Positions 9,006-20,304 are shown, counted from the stretch's first letter. The stretch: 64,000 bases of DNA from Myxococcota bacterium (GCA_039194325.1 JBCCWC010000003.1:96001-160000), one strand, 5' to 3'. Numbers and translations are program-made. Notes: generated by a model from the sequence alone, not told the origin.

Positions 9006-11225
9006 CTACTCGACGGCACCAGCCGCCAAGGCTCGTGCCAGTCGACGCTGCTGTTCAGCTTGTTCCCGACAGGAGCGGGCGCGCCCCAGCTGATCGAGCT
9101 GCTCCGCGAGGGTCCCCGCTCGCTCCAGCAGACGCGCCGCGTAGGAGTGGCGCCCGTTGCCGATCTCTAGTGTTGATGCGCGCATCACAGATACGAGTGC
9201 GTGGTCGGCATGACCACGCACTTCCTGGAGGTACGCCTGCTTGTCGAGCGCCGAGGCCAGAGCCAGATCATCCCCGAGCTGTGTGGCGCCTCCGTACGCA
9301 TTCCGATAACTCATTAGTGCGGCATCGAGCCGGCCGGTGAGGACTTCGATATCTCCAAGCACCAAGTCGACAAAGAACAACAAGCGGTGCTCACCCAGCT
9401 CGTCCGCAATCTCCCTAATTTCTCGGAGTCTCGGTTCCAATGCCCACGATTTGTTCGCCTCGACCCGTGCGCTTGCTTCGTACACATCCGCATACATAGC
9501 CAGCCCCGGGAATCCATTGGAGATGAACTCATCGTGTGCCCGGCGATAATACGAGCAGGCCTGCTCTACTGCACCTCTATCCCGCTCGATATGCCCCTGC
9601 TCAAGCTTCGTAATCCCATGATCGATATCCCATGCACCGGCCCCGTCCCCTATCTTCCCAGAAAGAGATGGCAGCCAATCAATCGCAGAAACAGAGTAAC
9701 CGGCTTCGCGGAGAGCGCGGGCAAGATAAGGACTATCAGCATTCGAGCCGTCCAGCATCTTCTCGTGGCGATGCATCGCACGCGTAGCATGTCCCAGGAG
9801 CCGCTCCACCTCTGTCTCCAACTCGCCCCACGCTCGGAGGATCCATCGCTTTTCGCGGTTCCTTTCTTCAAAACGAGATACGGCCGCTTGCAACAACGAG
9901 CTCAGCTGGTCTCTCGATGCGCAAAAGAGCACCAGGATATTGGCGACACAAAGCGTGAGCCCCGCATCTGGCCCAGGTAGCAGTCGTTTCTCGTAGCTCT
10001 CCATGCGTCGGAGATACGCCCCGAGATCACTAGGAAGACCGGTCAAAACGGGCTTTACCAGGAGCCGAGCGAGCGCCACGATCGTGCGCCACTTTCTGTC
10101 CTTTGACTTGATCTGCTCAAGCATACGCATGGCTCTACCCAGGCGCCTCATCAGACCAGCCAAGTCATCCTGGACCGCTACGAAGTCCCAAACCGAAGTC
10201 GGAAACTGGATGAAGAGCTCACGCAGAGCCTGCCCCGCATCTTCGCTCGGGGGCGGAATTTGGCAGATCCGATCAATAGTCGACCCGAGTAGACGACCAA
10301 ACCGAAACACCGCGGGTCCAGCAGCTCGCGTTACCGGTATACCTCCACCACCTTTGTCGAGCGGAGCCTCACGCCGCTGCATGAGTTCCTGACCTTGTCC
10401 TTCTGTTGGCCAGCTCGTAGTTTCCAATCTCTCTAATAATACACCGTGCACAATCTCGTCTCGTACCTGCCGGGCCAGTGGCCCAAAGGCTATGCTGTCC
10501 TCCACCCACAGTCCCAAACCGACTGACTGCAACGACGCCCCGGCCGCGGCCCTTGCCTTGGCCGACACCGGACGCTGTCCTTTAGAGAGCAGCAGCTCCA
10601 ATACCGTAGTCAACTTCTCCTTCGCGATTCGACTCAGCCGGAGTGCCAGGCGCTCTCCAGTCGCCCGCCGTACGCTGTACTCCCAGTCCCGCGCACTCAG
10701 CCCCTCGTCTGCGTAACGCAGACAATGGTGGGCTGCCTCCTGCACGATCGCCAACAACTCCACCGGATCGGTCGTAGCTTCCGCCGCGCGGTCCACTGGT
10801 AACGCCGCGATCCCCTGTGCCTGCAATGGGTGCTCCTCGCTCTCGAGCCCCCGCCGCAGCTCCGATAACAACGCCCGCTTGACCTCCCGCTCGAGCCAAT
10901 TCCCTTCCTTCTCATACGGCTCAATCGGCCGCCAAAACACATAAGGCCAGGCAACCCGCTCGACGATTGCCCGAGCATCGCTCTCTTCGACCCCCGCGGG
11001 CGCCTCGGTCACTAGCGCGGCTCCTGATCTTACCTCCCGATTCCCACCCACCGTCGGCAACGCAGACCAAGGCACCCAGACCCACTCCTTGATCTCCGGG
11101 ACCATCCGCCGCAGCAGCTCCATGAGCTGCCCGATCTCCTCACGCGTCACGTACCACGGCAGCGCACGGCAATCCGGCGCCAATCGTAGCGGGCGTCTCG
11201 GAAAGCTCGGTGGCAACAGCCACAT
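9006..11225 (-). CDS. Large hypothetical protein with C-terminal TPR-like helical repeats
   Basis: Start ATG 11225 (or GTG 11228) overlaps the ATPase stop (GTGATG); C-terminal repeats such as LGDIEVLTGRLDAALMSYRNA; central and 3' parts have lower GC. Confidence 0.7.
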   Translation of the reverse strand: MWLLPPSFPRRPLRLAPDCRALPWYVTREEIGQLMELLRRMVPEIKEWVWVPWSALPTVGGNREVRSGAALVTEAPAGVEESDARAIVERVAWPYVFWRPIEPYEKEGNWLEREVKRALLSELRRGLESEEHPLQAQGIAALPVDRAAEATTDPVELLAIVQEAAHHCLRYADEGLSARDWEYSVRRATGERLALRLSRIAKEKLTTVLELLLSKGQRPVSAKARAAAGASLQSVGLGLWVEDSIAFGPLARQVRDEIVHGVLLERLETTSWPTEGQGQELMQRREAPLDKGGGGIPVTRAAGPAVFRFGRLLGSTIDRICQIPPPSEDAGQALRELFIQFPTSVWDFVAVQDDLAGLMRRLGRAMRMLEQIKSKDRKWRTIVALARLLVKPVLTGLPSDLGAYLRRMESYEKRLLPGPDAGLTLCVANILVLFCASRDQLSSLLQAAVSRFEERNREKRWILRAWGELETEVERLLGHATRAMHRHEKMLDGSNADSPYLARALREAGYSVSAIDWLPSLSGKIGDGAGAWDIDHGITKLEQGHIERDRGAVEQACSYYRRAHDEFISNGFPGLAMYADVYEASARVEANKSWALEPRLREIREIADELGEHRLLFFVDLVLGDIEVLTGRLDAALMSYRNAYGGATQLGDDLALASALDKQAYLQEVRGHADHALVSVMRASTLEIGNGRHSYAARLLERAGTLAEQLDQLGRARSCREQAEQQRRLARALAAGAVE

Positions 11226-12502
11226 CACGACTCGTCGGGCGTCCGCGCCAGCAAGAAGTGCAGCTCGGGATCCAGGGTGAACTCGTTGGGCTGCCAGAAA
11301 TCGAGCGGCAGCACGATCTGCGAGCGAATGGCCTGCGAGAGCAAAGCCTCGTTTCCGCCGCACGCTGCCAACAACCGCTCGCGTGGCACGGCGGCCTCGA
11401 CCCCTTCGAAGATCCCCGCGATGCGACGAAGCACGTCTTGCGAGACGGTCGCGGCATGTGTCCGCGCAAACCCCATCAGCACCTCGGCCATCGAGCGCTC
11501 CTCGGGCTCCTTGATGCGCTCGGCGAGATACTCGAACCACATCAGAAACGAAAGCGGCGTGCTGGCCATCCCGGCCAACTCACTGCGGCGAGCATTCCAG
11601 AGATCGTTGCCGAGCGCTTCTTGCACCGCACGTTGCTCGCTGTGAAGCCGCCGCGCGAGGATCTGCTCTAGCGTCGCGTCGTCGAGTGGAAGAAGCTCGA
11701 ACCGCTTGCTCACCTCCCGCAGCAGGATGCTCGAGTAGTACGTGCGCATGTTGAGCACCAGCCCCACCGGTGCCCGCCATAGCTGCATCAAGCCCAGCGT
11801 CTGCGCACGAACTCGCTCGCGTCCCTCGTCGCTCCAGTAAGCATCGTGATCGAGCTCGTCGATGTTGTCGAGGTAGACGATGATGTCCAGATCCTCGTGC
11901 GCGAGCCGAATGTCCCGCAGCAGCAGCAGCAACGCCTCGCGGATGTTGTCGTCATCGAGCAAGACCTTGCCTTCGATCGCCTCTTGCTTCCGACGGCGCA
12001 GCGAGATCTGAAATTCCGAGGCAATGAAGTCGAGCAGCTTGCCGTCCGCGCCCGCTGCTGCCTTGAACTCGGTAAGGTGCTCGTGCACCGTCTTGCGCTC
12101 GACCTGGTCGAAGCTCGCGAGTGTCTTGAGCACCGCCGCACTCGCCAGCAGCTCGCGGCTGGCTCCGGGCGACCCGTACCGGTTCATCTTGTACAGCTCG
12201 GCGTGTACCTGCTCGACGACCTGCTTGAGCACCTTGCGCTGCCGCAGCGCCCCGCGACAGTCCACCTCCACGAACAGGGTAGTCGCCGCATGAACCTCCT
12301 TGAGCTTCTGCAGCACCGCCCGCGTCAGGATGCTCTTGCCCACCCCCTTGGACCCCAGCACGCAAAATCCCTGACCCTGCTCGGGATCTCGATCAGCCAG
12401 GTACGCGCTGATGCTGTGCTCCAGCCACTCGGCCGCGTCGTCTCGGTCCACGAGCAGCTCGGGACGAACGTCCGTGGGCCGGAACTTGCTGAGGTAGACC
12501 AT
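11225..12502 (-). CDS. P-loop ATPase (AAA/STAND-like)
   Basis: Walker A GSKGVGKS, Walker B IIVYLDNIDEL; ATG at 12502. Confidence 0.85.
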   Translation of the reverse strand: MVYLSKFRPTDVRPELLVDRDDAAEWLEHSISAYLADRDPEQGQGFCVLGSKGVGKSILTRAVLQKLKEVHAATTLFVEVDCRGALRQRKVLKQVVEQVHAELYKMNRYGSPGASRELLASAAVLKTLASFDQVERKTVHEHLTEFKAAAGADGKLLDFIASEFQISLRRRKQEAIEGKVLLDDDNIREALLLLLRDIRLAHEDLDIIVYLDNIDELDHDAYWSDEGRERVRAQTLGLMQLWRAPVGLVLNMRTYYSSILLREVSKRFELLPLDDATLEQILARRLHSEQRAVQEALGNDLWNARRSELAGMASTPLSFLMWFEYLAERIKEPEERSMAEVLMGFARTHAATVSQDVLRRIAGIFEGVEAAVPRERLLAACGGNEALLSQAIRSQIVLPLDFWQPNEFTLDPELHFLLARTPDES

Positions 12503-12526
12503 CGGCGCGCGACAGCTTAGCACCCC

Positions 12527-13390
12527 TCACCGCACCCGCCGCGCCCGGGGCCTTCGCTGATCCACCGGGCAAAAGGCCCCGGTTCGACCCCCGTGGCTGA
12601 ACCCCTGGATCTCCGCTCCGCATACCCGGCACAGGTGCCCGGCCCGCCCATACACCCACAGCGCCTGCTGGTTGCGACCCGCCTTGCCGTCGGCGTCCAC
12701 GTAGTCCCGCAGGGTCGTGCCGCCGTTGCGCAGCCCCTGCTCCAGCACCTCACGCACGGCCGCCGCCAGGCGCTCCCACGCCGAAGTCGCCAGTCGGTAC
12801 GCCGGCAATAGCGGGTGCAAGCGCGCCACGAACAACGCCTCGACAGCATAGATATTGCCCACCCCGGCCACCACCCGCTGGTCGAGCAACACATCGCGCA
12901 AGGCTCGACGACTTCGACCCGCCGCCGCCTCCAGCCGTGCCCCGTCGAAGTCCTTGCCCAGCGGCTCGGGGCCCATCTCCAACAGCGGGGCCCCGGCCAA
13001 CAACTCGTTCCACGGCCGCGCCCGCACTCCGCCAAAACGCCGCGGATCCACGAAACGCAGCAGCCGATCATCGGCCAGGCGCAGCTCGACGTGGGTATGC
13101 AGCGCCCGGGGCTGTCCCGCACGCGCCACCTCCACCCGCCCCGTCATCCCCAGGTGCACCAACAACCCGAGCGCATCGCCGTCATCGCCCTGCAATCGCC
13201 AGATCAGATGCTTCCCCCGTCGCTCCCACCGCTGCGGCGTCGCACTTCGTAGCTGCTCCAGTCGCTCGTCACGCCATGCCGCCCCGATCCGCAGCGCCTG
13301 CTCGCTGCGCCACACCGCCTCGATCGGCGCCCGCAGCCGCGCCCGCGACAAGCTACGACGCACCGACTCGACCTCGGGCAGCTCAGGCAC
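12527..13390 (-). CDS. mutM: Formamidopyrimidine-DNA glycosylase (Fpg)
   Basis: GTG-PELPEVE, RRGKHL, HLGMTG, DPRRFG, LLDQRVVAGVGNIY, C-terminal CxxC...CPVDQ finger. Confidence 0.96.
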   Translation of the reverse strand: MPELPEVESVRRSLSRARLRAPIEAVWRSEQALRIGAAWRDERLEQLRSATPQRWERRGKHLIWRLQGDDGDALGLLVHLGMTGRVEVARAGQPRALHTHVELRLADDRLLRFVDPRRFGGVRARPWNELLAGAPLLEMGPEPLGKDFDGARLEAAAGRSRRALRDVLLDQRVVAGVGNIYAVEALFVARLHPLLPAYRLATSAWERLAAAVREVLEQGLRNGGTTLRDYVDADGKAGRNQQALWVYGRAGHLCRVCGAEIQGFSHGGRTGAFCPVDQRRPRARRVR

Positions 13391-14216
13391 GATCGCCTTC
13401 CCGAGCCCGCTGCAACGCCGCGAACTGCTCGGGAGCCAACCTCTCGGGCCGCAACCCCGCATCGACCCCCGCCTGCTCACACCACGCCCGCACCTGCTCC
13501 TTGGGTGCCAGCGCACTCAGGGCATTGAGCAGCGTCTTGCGCCGACGCTGAAACGCCGCCCGCACCAGCGACAAGTACCCATCTGGATTCGCCACCTCCC
13601 CCCGGGGCTGCGGCAGAGGATCCAGCCGGATCACCGCCGAGTCGACCCGCGGTGGCGGCAAGAACGCCCCCGGAGGCACATGCACCACGCCATCGATCGC
13701 CCGCACCCGCGAGAGCGCCACGGTGATCCCCCCATAGGTCTTGGAGCCCGGCGATGCACACAGCCGATCCGCCACCTCCTTTTGGATCATCACCACCCAC
13801 GTCCCGGTCACCGCATGCGACTCCAGCAGCCGAAACATCAGCGGCCCGGTGAGGTGATACGGCAAGTTCCCAACTACCTTCGGCCGCCGCACACTCCCGG
13901 CCGCGGTGGCATAGTCGAACTTCACCGCATCGGCCTCGTGCAGCGAAAACCGGGGATGCTCGCCCAGCTCCGCGCGCAGCACCTGGCATAGATCGCGATC
14001 CCGCTCGATCGCCCACACCTGCGCCCCGGTCTGCAGCAGGTGAGCGGTGAGCGTGCCCAGCCCGGCGCCGATCTCCACCACTCGATCCTCCGCCGTGAGC
14101 TCCGCCGCCTCGACGATCGCCGCATGCACCCCGCGATCCCGCAAGAAGTGCTGACCCCACTGCTTGCGCGCCGACAGACCATGGCGACGCAGTACCTGTC
14201 CGGGTGACTCGATCAC
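13383..14216 (-). CDS. rsmA: 16S rRNA dimethyltransferase KsgA
   Basis: RKQWGQHFL, VVEIGAGLGTLT, VVGNLPY, MIQKEVADR, FLPPPRVDSAV, FQRRRKTL; GTG 14216 overlaps tsaD stop. Confidence 0.96.
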   Translation of the reverse strand: MIESPGQVLRRHGLSARKQWGQHFLRDRGVHAAIVEAAELTAEDRVVEIGAGLGTLTAHLLQTGAQVWAIERDRDLCQVLRAELGEHPRFSLHEADAVKFDYATAAGSVRRPKVVGNLPYHLTGPLMFRLLESHAVTGTWVVMIQKEVADRLCASPGSKTYGGITVALSRVRAIDGVVHVPPGAFLPPPRVDSAVIRLDPLPQPRGEVANPDGYLSLVRAAFQRRRKTLLNALSALAPKEQVRAWCEQAGVDAGLRPERLAPEQFAALQRAREGDRA

Positions 14217-15292
14217 GGCAGCTGCATCCGCGGGTCGTCGAGCGACACGCTGGCCTGTACATCGACGGTAGGGGCCACCCCCGCGACGAGACGAGCCGCC
14301 GCCGCCGCACCGATCATCGCCGCATTGTCTCCGCAGTACCGCAAGGGCACCGCCTCGAAGATGAACCCATCGTGCTCCGCCGCCGCTGCCGCCGCTTCGC
14401 GCAGGCCCCGGTTGGCCGCGACCCCGCCCACGATATGCAACCGGTCGCGCCCGGTTTGCTGCACAGCACGGCGGGCCTTGAGCACCAGCACGTCGACCAC
14501 CGCCGCCTGGAACGATGCGCAAAGATCCGCCAGCGCCTTCCGCGAGTCCGGCATGCCCCCGCGATCCACGTGCACCCGCACCGCGGTCTTGAGGCCCGAG
14601 AACGAGAAGTCGAGCTCCTTGCGGTTAGCCATCGCCCGGGGCAGTGACACCGCAGTCGGATCACCCTCCGCCGCCAGTCGATCGATCACCGGACCTCCCG
14701 GATACCCCAACCCCAGCAGCTTGGCGACCTTGTCGTAAGCCTCGCCCGCCGCATCATCCCGCGTGGCCCCGAGGATCTGGTAGCGGCCCAGCCCGGCCAC
14801 GTCGACCAGCTCGGTGTGGCCACCCGAGACCATCAACGCCACATGCGGACACAGCGGCCTCGCCGGACGGGTTTGGTCACCAAGGAACGCCGACATCAAG
14901 TGACCCTCCATGTGGTGCACCCCCTGAAGCGGTAAGCCCCGGGCCGTCGCCAGGCCCCGGGCCATCTGCACCCCCACCAGCAGCGCGCCCACTAAGCCTG
15001 GCCCCTCGGTCACCGCGATCGCGTCCAACCAATCGAGGCCGACCCCCGCCTGGTCGAGCGCCTCGTCGACCACCGGCACCACCGCACCGAGGTGATGGCG
15101 ACTGGCGAGCTCAGGAACCACGCCACCAAACCGCTGATGCACCTCGATCTGCGAGCGCACCACGGAGCTACGCACCACGCTGCCCTCGACGACCGCCGCC
15201 GCTGTCTCGTCACACGAGCTCTCGAGCGCAAGGATCCGAGGAGATGCAGTCCGAGGAGATGCAGTCCGAGGAGATGCAGTCCGAGGGGTCAC
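14213..15292 (-). CDS. tsaD: tRNA N6-adenosine threonylcarbamoyltransferase
   Basis: ILALESSCDET, GGVVPELASRHH, HHMEGH, VSGGHT, TRDDAAGEAYDK, GGVAAN, DNAAMI. Confidence 0.96.
   Translation of the reverse strand: MTPRTASPRTASPRTASPRILALESSCDETAAAVVEGSVVRSSVVRSQIEVHQRFGGVVPELASRHHLGAVVPVVDEALDQAGVGLDWLDAIAVTEGPGLVGALLVGVQMARGLATARGLPLQGVHHMEGHLMSAFLGDQTRPARPLCPHVALMVSGGHTELVDVAGLGRYQILGATRDDAAGEAYDKVAKLLGLGYPGGPVIDRLAAEGDPTAVSLPRAMANRKELDFSFSGLKTAVRVHVDRGGMPDSRKALADLCASFQAAVVDVLVLKARRAVQQTGRDRLHIVGGVAANRGLREAAAAAAEHDGFIFEAVPLRYCGDNAAMIGAAAAARLVAGVAPTVDVQASVSLDDPRMQLP
15235..15286. repeat. 15-bp tandem repeat (3.5 copies) at the 5' end of tsaD
   Basis: TCCGAGGAGATGCAG x3 plus TCCGAGG; encodes PRTAS repeats. 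Confidence 0.9.
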
Positions 15293-15317
15293 GCAAAGAT
15301 CCGAACCGGGCACGCCC

Positions 15318-18300
15318 TCAGCCCGCACTATCGGTCCGCCGCTGGAGCCGACGGAGCACCCGCCGCACCGCCAGCGCCTCCTTGGCGTCGGGCGAGAGCT
15401 CCAAGAACCGCTGATAGGCGACGACCGCCTCCGGATGAGCACCGCGCTCCTGGTGCACCACCCCCAGCGTCAGGTGCCCCTGGGCATACTCGGGATCGGC
15501 ATCGACCGAGGCCTCCGCGGCAGCCAGGGCCTCGTCGAGCTTGCGCTGCTCAAGCAGGAGGGCGGAGCTGAGCACCAGCGCCCGCGGGTTGTCGGGCTCC
15601 GCCGCGAGCACCGTGTCGAGCTGCGCATGGGCGTCGCTGCGGCGACCTCGCTGTAGCAGGCGCTCCGCGGTGGCGAGGCGCTCGTCGACCTGTGCCGGAT
15701 CGAGAGATCCCTCCGACTCGACGGCACTCCCGTCGTCGGGCACCGGGCCGTTCGCATCGTCGGCACCGTCGGGCACCGGGCCGTTCGCATCGTCGGCTCC
15801 GTCGGGCACCGGAGGATCGACCGTCGGAGTCGGCCCTTCCTGTGGTGTGCCCTCGGGAACGACCTCCGGCGACCCTCCGTCGGCTCTCGTGGCCAGCGGT
15901 GGCGAGGGTTGGTCGTCGTCACGGTTCACCCCGTAGGCGATGCCGGCCACCGCCAGCAGCACCACGATCGCCGCCACCATCCCGTAGGAGCGTTCGGGCG
16001 GCGACGGGTGCTCTCGCTCGTCCTTCGAGCGGCGATCGCCCTCCCGCCACAGCCCCGACTCTTGCGCGGGCGTGCCGACCTTGACCCCGATCGACTCGAA
16101 GCTGTCGCCCTCGTCATCAAAGGTCTCCCGCTCGTCCTCATCGTCCCCATTGACCTGGGTGTCCGCCTCGACCGCGCCTTGCCCGGGCAGCGTGTCGGCC
16201 CGTGACTCGGGTCGTGCCACGGAGGGATCGGCCCCGGCGAGGAATGCCGCGGGAACGTCGATCTCCAGTGTGGGTCGTTGATCGTCGTAGGAGGGACTGG
16301 TCAGCCCCAGCAGCGCCTCGGGAGAGCTGCCGACCTCGCCATAGGTCGCCAACTCCTCGAGCGACAAGTCACCGGCATACTTCGGCAGCAGATCCGGGTC
16401 GGGCATCGGCCGGCGACTGACATCGAAAGCCCCCTTGGCGGCCGCCCGCAGCACACCCGGCGGGGGGTTGACCTGGCCCGACTGCGGCGCGATGACCCGC
16501 GTCGTCCCTCGGCGCTCGTCATACCAAGCGCCACGACGAATACGTGGGGTCTGGTCGGTTGTGGTGTCGCCGCGCTCAGGTATGGTGTCGCCACTGTCAC
16601 GCTCCGCTGGCTCGGGTACCTCGCGCACCGTGATAGGTGCGGTGATGTCGAGATCCGACGACGACGAACCCGAGCTCGCCTCGATCAACCGCGGTACCGC
16701 GGAGTTCCCATTCCCCGTCGTAGGCGACTCTGAGGCAATCGGCGAGGCAATCGGCGTGGCAATCGGCGTGGCGCTCACCTCGCTCGAGAGCCGGGGCCGC
16801 TCGTGTTCCGCCGAATCCACCTCGACCCGAGGCACGCCGGGGTCGGGCATCGCGAGCGCGACGGGTCGAGGTCCCGAAGAAGGCTTCACCCGCTCGGACC
16901 CCGCCGGCCGTGGAGGCGGGTGTGTCAGATCGGTCGACCGCGACCGTGACCGTTCTTGCGCCTCCGCGGTCGGCATCATGCGACGGAAGGAATCGTCCTC
17001 ATCGGAAGATTCCGTAGACTCGTCGCTGACCGGGCGATCGACCGCTTGCACCGCGCCCGCTTCTGCATCGAGCGGCTCCACTGCGCCCGCTTCTGCATCG
17101 AGCGACTCTACGCCACTGTCGTGCTGATCGACGTCCCCGGTCGTCTTCTCGGTCTTTCCGGTCGTCTTCTCGGTCTTTCCGGTCGGCTTCCCGGTCGGCT
17201 CCTCGGCGGGATCCACCGCGGCGCTCGACTGGACCGAGGGCTCCGGCTCGGCCAGCGGGTGAGCATCCACGTCTGTAGCCGCCCGACCCTGAGCAACATC
17301 GATCTCCGTGTCGGCGACCGTCACCACGCTGGGGATCGGAAACCGGCCCAGCGGAGGCGCGTGCATCCCGAGCGCCGGCGAGGTCTCCTTGAGACGCGCG
17401 GCCAGGGGTAGATCGCTTTGCGCAGTCGGCTCTTCGAGGGAGACCAGCCGATTACCGAACGCAGGGTGGGGCGCCGAGTCCTCCGGGATCCCGGGCACCA
17501 GCACCCCTTCTTGCTCGTCGTCCTCCGAGCGCAGCTGGGGAAAAGGCGCCGGATAGTTGGGCGGTGGCGGTAGCGGCTCTGGCTCGGCCTCCTTCGCCGG
17601 GGACGCCGAGGCCGGCGGCTTGTCTGGAGATACCGCGGGCGGGGCGTTCCACGCCTCGATCCCCAGCCCGGTCGCGGCCGGGGGGACCACGTTCGACCCC
17701 TCTGGGGGCGGCCCTTCGTGGGGGGCCAGCAGACCTTCGAAGAAGAACGTGGAGATCGCGGTGAGAGCCTCGATGTCGTCCTGACCGCTCTCGTCGACGA
17801 CTTCGATGATGTTTCGACGACCGTCGAAGCGATACAAGATCGCCATCTGCTCGTCGGTCAGCTCCTCGCGTCGATCTTCGAGCTGCTCGGGATCGGTGGT
17901 GAGGATCGAGTCGAGCGGCGGCAGCTGCTCCATGAGCCGACCCCACTCGTCAACCCGGCGCATACCCTCCATCAGGATCGCCTGGGTGCTCTCCTTGATC
18001 ACCTGGTGACGATTGACCGGCTTGAACTCGACGTCGAAGTGGCCCTCGCTCAGGCCGAGCAAGCGATAGATCGCCGCGTCACCCTGCAGCCGGCCCATCT
18101 CTGCGTCGATGATGTGACCGTCACGAAACCATACCGTGGCTTCGCCCAGCTCCGTGCTCAGCGAGATCGTCCCGGTCTTGCGGCTGATCTCGATGGTCTG
18201 TACGAGGTCGACCACCGCCATGTCGGCGAGCTGACCGCTGAACTTGGTGCGCGCGGCATCCTTTCGCTCGAGGCGCTCGTGCTGCTTGCGCTGCAGCAGC

Positions 18301-18656
18301 ATCGTCACCCGCGTGGTGATCTCCTTGATGTAGATCGGCTTGGTCAGATAGTCCTCGACCCCCAGCTCGAGGCCACGGACCTTGTCCTCGATGGACTTCT
18401 CGCTCGTCAGGAAGATGAACGGGATCGCCTTCCAGTCCGGGTTGCCCTTGACCTCCATGCAGAAGTCGAAGCCATCGCGGCTGGGCAAGCGCGTATCCGA
18501 GATGATGAGGTCGGGCTCGGCGTGTTGGAGAAACTCGAGCGCCTCCTCGGCCGACTCGGCGGGCGTGATCGAAAATCCGGCCTTGCGGAGGCTGACCTCC
18601 AGCACCCGCCGGTTTCGAGCGTCACCGTCGACGATCAGGAGATTTTGCCGTGCCAT
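15318..18656 (-). CDS. Response regulator: REC + DUF4388-like + long disordered linker + TM + TPR
   Basis: LLIVDGD / LIISDTRLP / FLTS / YLTKP receiver; [45 protein letters not shown]-terminal TPRs. Confidence 0.88.
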   Translation of the reverse strand: MARQNLLIVDGDARNRRVLEVSLRKAGFSITPAESAEEALEFLQHAEPDLIISDTRLPSRDGFDFCMEVKGNPDWKAIPFIFLTSEKSIEDKVRGLELGVEDYLTKPIYIKEITTRVTMLLQRKQHERLERKDAARTKFSGQLADMAVVDLVQTIEISRKTGTISLSTELGEATVWFRDGHIIDAEMGRLQGDAAIYRLLGLSEGHFDVEFKPVNRHQVIKESTQAILMEGMRRVDEWGRLMEQLPPLDSILTTDPEQLEDRREELTDEQMAILYRFDGRRNIIEVVDESGQDDIEALTAISTFFFEGLLAPHEGPPPEGSNVVPPAATGLGIEAWNAPPAVSPDKPPASASPAKEAEPEPLPPPPNYPAPFPQLRSEDDEQEGVLVPGIPEDSAPHPAFGNRLVSLEEPTAQSDLPLAARLKETSPALGMHAPPLGRFPIPSVVTVADTEIDVAQGRAATDVDAHPLAEPEPSVQSSAAVDPAEEPTGKPTGKTEKTTGKTEKTTGDVDQHDSGVESLDAEAGAVEPLDAEAGAVQAVDRPVSDESTESSDEDDSFRRMMPTAEAQERSRSRSTDLTHPPPRPAGSERVKPSSGPRPVALAMPDPGVPRVEVDSAEHERPRLSSEVSATPIATPIASPIASESPTTGNGNSAVPRLIEASSGSSSSDLDITAPITVREVPEPAERDSGDTIPERGDTTTDQTPRIRRGAWYDERRGTTRVIAPQSGQVNPPPGVLRAAAKGAFDVSRRPMPDPDLLPKYAGDLSLEELATYGEVGSSPEALLGLTSPSYDDQRPTLEIDVPAAFLAGADPSVARPESRADTLPGQGAVEADTQVNGDDEDERETFDDEGDSFESIGVKVGTPAQESGLWREGDRRSKDEREHPSPPERSYGMVAAIVVLLAVAGIAYGVNRDDDQPSPPLATRADGGSPEVVPEGTPQEGPTPTVDPPVPDGADDANGPVPDGADDANGPVPDDGSAVESEGSLDPAQVDERLATAERLLQRGRRSDAHAQLDTVLAAEPDNPRALVLSSALLLEQRKLDEALAAAEASVDADPEYAQGHLTLGVVHQERGAHPEAVVAYQRFLELSPDAKEALAVRRVLRRLQRRTDSAG

Positions 18657-19060
18657 GGCCTCACTCCCCGAGCGCTAACGGTCTCGTCCGCGCCCTGGGT
18701 TCGCGCCCGTGATCGGTGGACCCCCGTCCTGGGGCACTGCGTCCGCCAAGACGATGAAGGGCTTGCTCGCCTCGCGTGCGCACGCCACGAAGAAACTACG
18801 GGACCATAGCAACCGGGGGATGCGCGCTGCAAGTGATCGACATGGATGCCCGGCCCGTACGGACCGGCGGGCGGTGTCCGGTCCTCCCGTAGGCCGTCCC
18901 GATCTGCGGACGGTTGTACGGTCCACCCGTAGGCCATCCAGCAGCTCTGGACCGCGACACCCCTACCTCTCGAACCATCGTCCCAAGTCGAACCATCGCT
19001 CCGGAGACACTCGGGTGCCCGGCTAGGAACCGAACCCGCCGCCACGTAGGATGAGCCGGC

Positions 19061-20203
19061 ATGACGAGCACCGAGCGGCCGGACGAACGTCCTCGGACCG
19101 AGGACCATCCAACGAGGCGTACCGTTCGACAGCGGATCCTCGCCGCGCCCGTCACCGCCGCCCTCATCGGGCTGTGCGTGGGTGCCTTCCTCTCCACCCT
19201 CGGCCTGTGCGCCCTGAACGTCGAGGATCCTCGCGGCATGCTCACCCGCTCGTGGCTCGAGCTCGGGGCATGTGAACAAACCCTCACCGAGCTCGGGGCC
19301 TTGCGTCTGGCCGAGCTGTGGCTCGATGGCGAGTGGTGGCGCGTGCTTGCCGCCGCTCTCCTGCACGGCTCTTGGCTCCACGTGGTGCTCAACACGTGGA
19401 GTTTGTGGGTCGTAGGCGAGTGGGTTGAATCCACGTGGGGACATGCTCGGACGGCAGTGCTCTTCGTACTCGCGAGCGTCGCCGGATGCTTGGCCTCTGC
19501 CGCCTGGGTGGAAGCGCCTATGGTGGTCGGGGCATCCGGAGGAATCATGGGCATGGCCGGCGCCTTGCTCGTCGGACGAACGCTCGGGCGAGGACACGTC
19601 GCCCATCAGCTTCAACCGATCTCGGCCCGAGTCCTCGGCGGGTACCTGGTCGTGCTCGTGGCGCTGGGGTTTTTCGTTCCAGTCATTGCCCAGGCCGGTC
19701 ACCTCGGGGGGCTTGCGGCCGGGGCTCTGTTGGGCCTCTCCTGGGCGGGGCGGGAGGCCATCGTGGGTCTGGCCGGTCGTGTGGGACTGGGTGTTCTCTT
19801 TGCAAGCCTGGTGCTCGCCGCTCGTCAGTCCGAGTGGCGTGAAGGGTATTACGAGTACCTGGGCTATGCGCTCCTCGAGCGTGATGAGGATGCTCGGGCT
19901 ACCGCAGCATTCGAGCGGGCACTCGAACGTCGACCCGATGAAGCGCGGCTGGCCAATGGAGTCGCCTATGGTCTCGCCAAGGCGGGGATCGAGCTGGACC
20001 GCGCCGAGACCCTGGTACGACGATCGCTCGACGAAGAGCCCGACAACGCCGACTATCTGGACACGCTGGGGTGGATCCTCTGCCGACGAGGCGACTACGA
20101 ATCGGGGATGGAGCAACTTCGCCTGGCGTCGGATGCCTCTGGCGGAACGGTCGACGAGATCGAAGGGCACCTCGTCGACTGCGCAGAGGCTAGGGTCGAG
20201 TAG
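19061..20203 (+). CDS. Rhomboid intramembrane serine protease with C-terminal TPR
   Basis: GEWWR, LHGSWLHVVLN, VGASGG, AGHLGG; TPR ADYLDTLGWIL. Confidence 0.92.
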   Translation: MTSTERPDERPRTEDHPTRRTVRQRILAAPVTAALIGLCVGAFLSTLGLCALNVEDPRGMLTRSWLELGACEQTLTELGALRLAELWLDGEWWRVLAAALLHGSWLHVVLNTWSLWVVGEWVESTWGHARTAVLFVLASVAGCLASAAWVEAPMVVGASGGIMGMAGALLVGRTLGRGHVAHQLQPISARVLGGYLVVLVALGFFVPVIAQAGHLGGLAAGALLGLSWAGREAIVGLAGRVGLGVLFASLVLAARQSEWREGYYEYLGYALLERDEDARATAAFERALERRPDEARLANGVAYGLAKAGIELDRAETLVRRSLDEEPDNADYLDTLGWILCRRGDYESGMEQLRLASDASGGTVDEIEGHLVDCAEARVE

Positions 20204-20304
20204 GCAACGCCCAGAGCCGCGCCGCGAGAATCTGTGCACCAGAGCGAGTGCACGGGGTACAGGTGCCCGGCCCTGGGACTGGCGCTTCGTCGGACTTGGC
20301 AAAA

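Noticed and set aside
19375..19440. Three CACGTG cores in the rhomboid gene as extra parS sites
   Set aside because: Flanks do not match TGTT/AACA, and they partly encode conserved rhomboid residues
18635..20302. 555-aa minus-strand ORF and many similar long antisense or alternate-frame ORFs
   Set aside because: Shadow ORFs of real genes, expected at high GC
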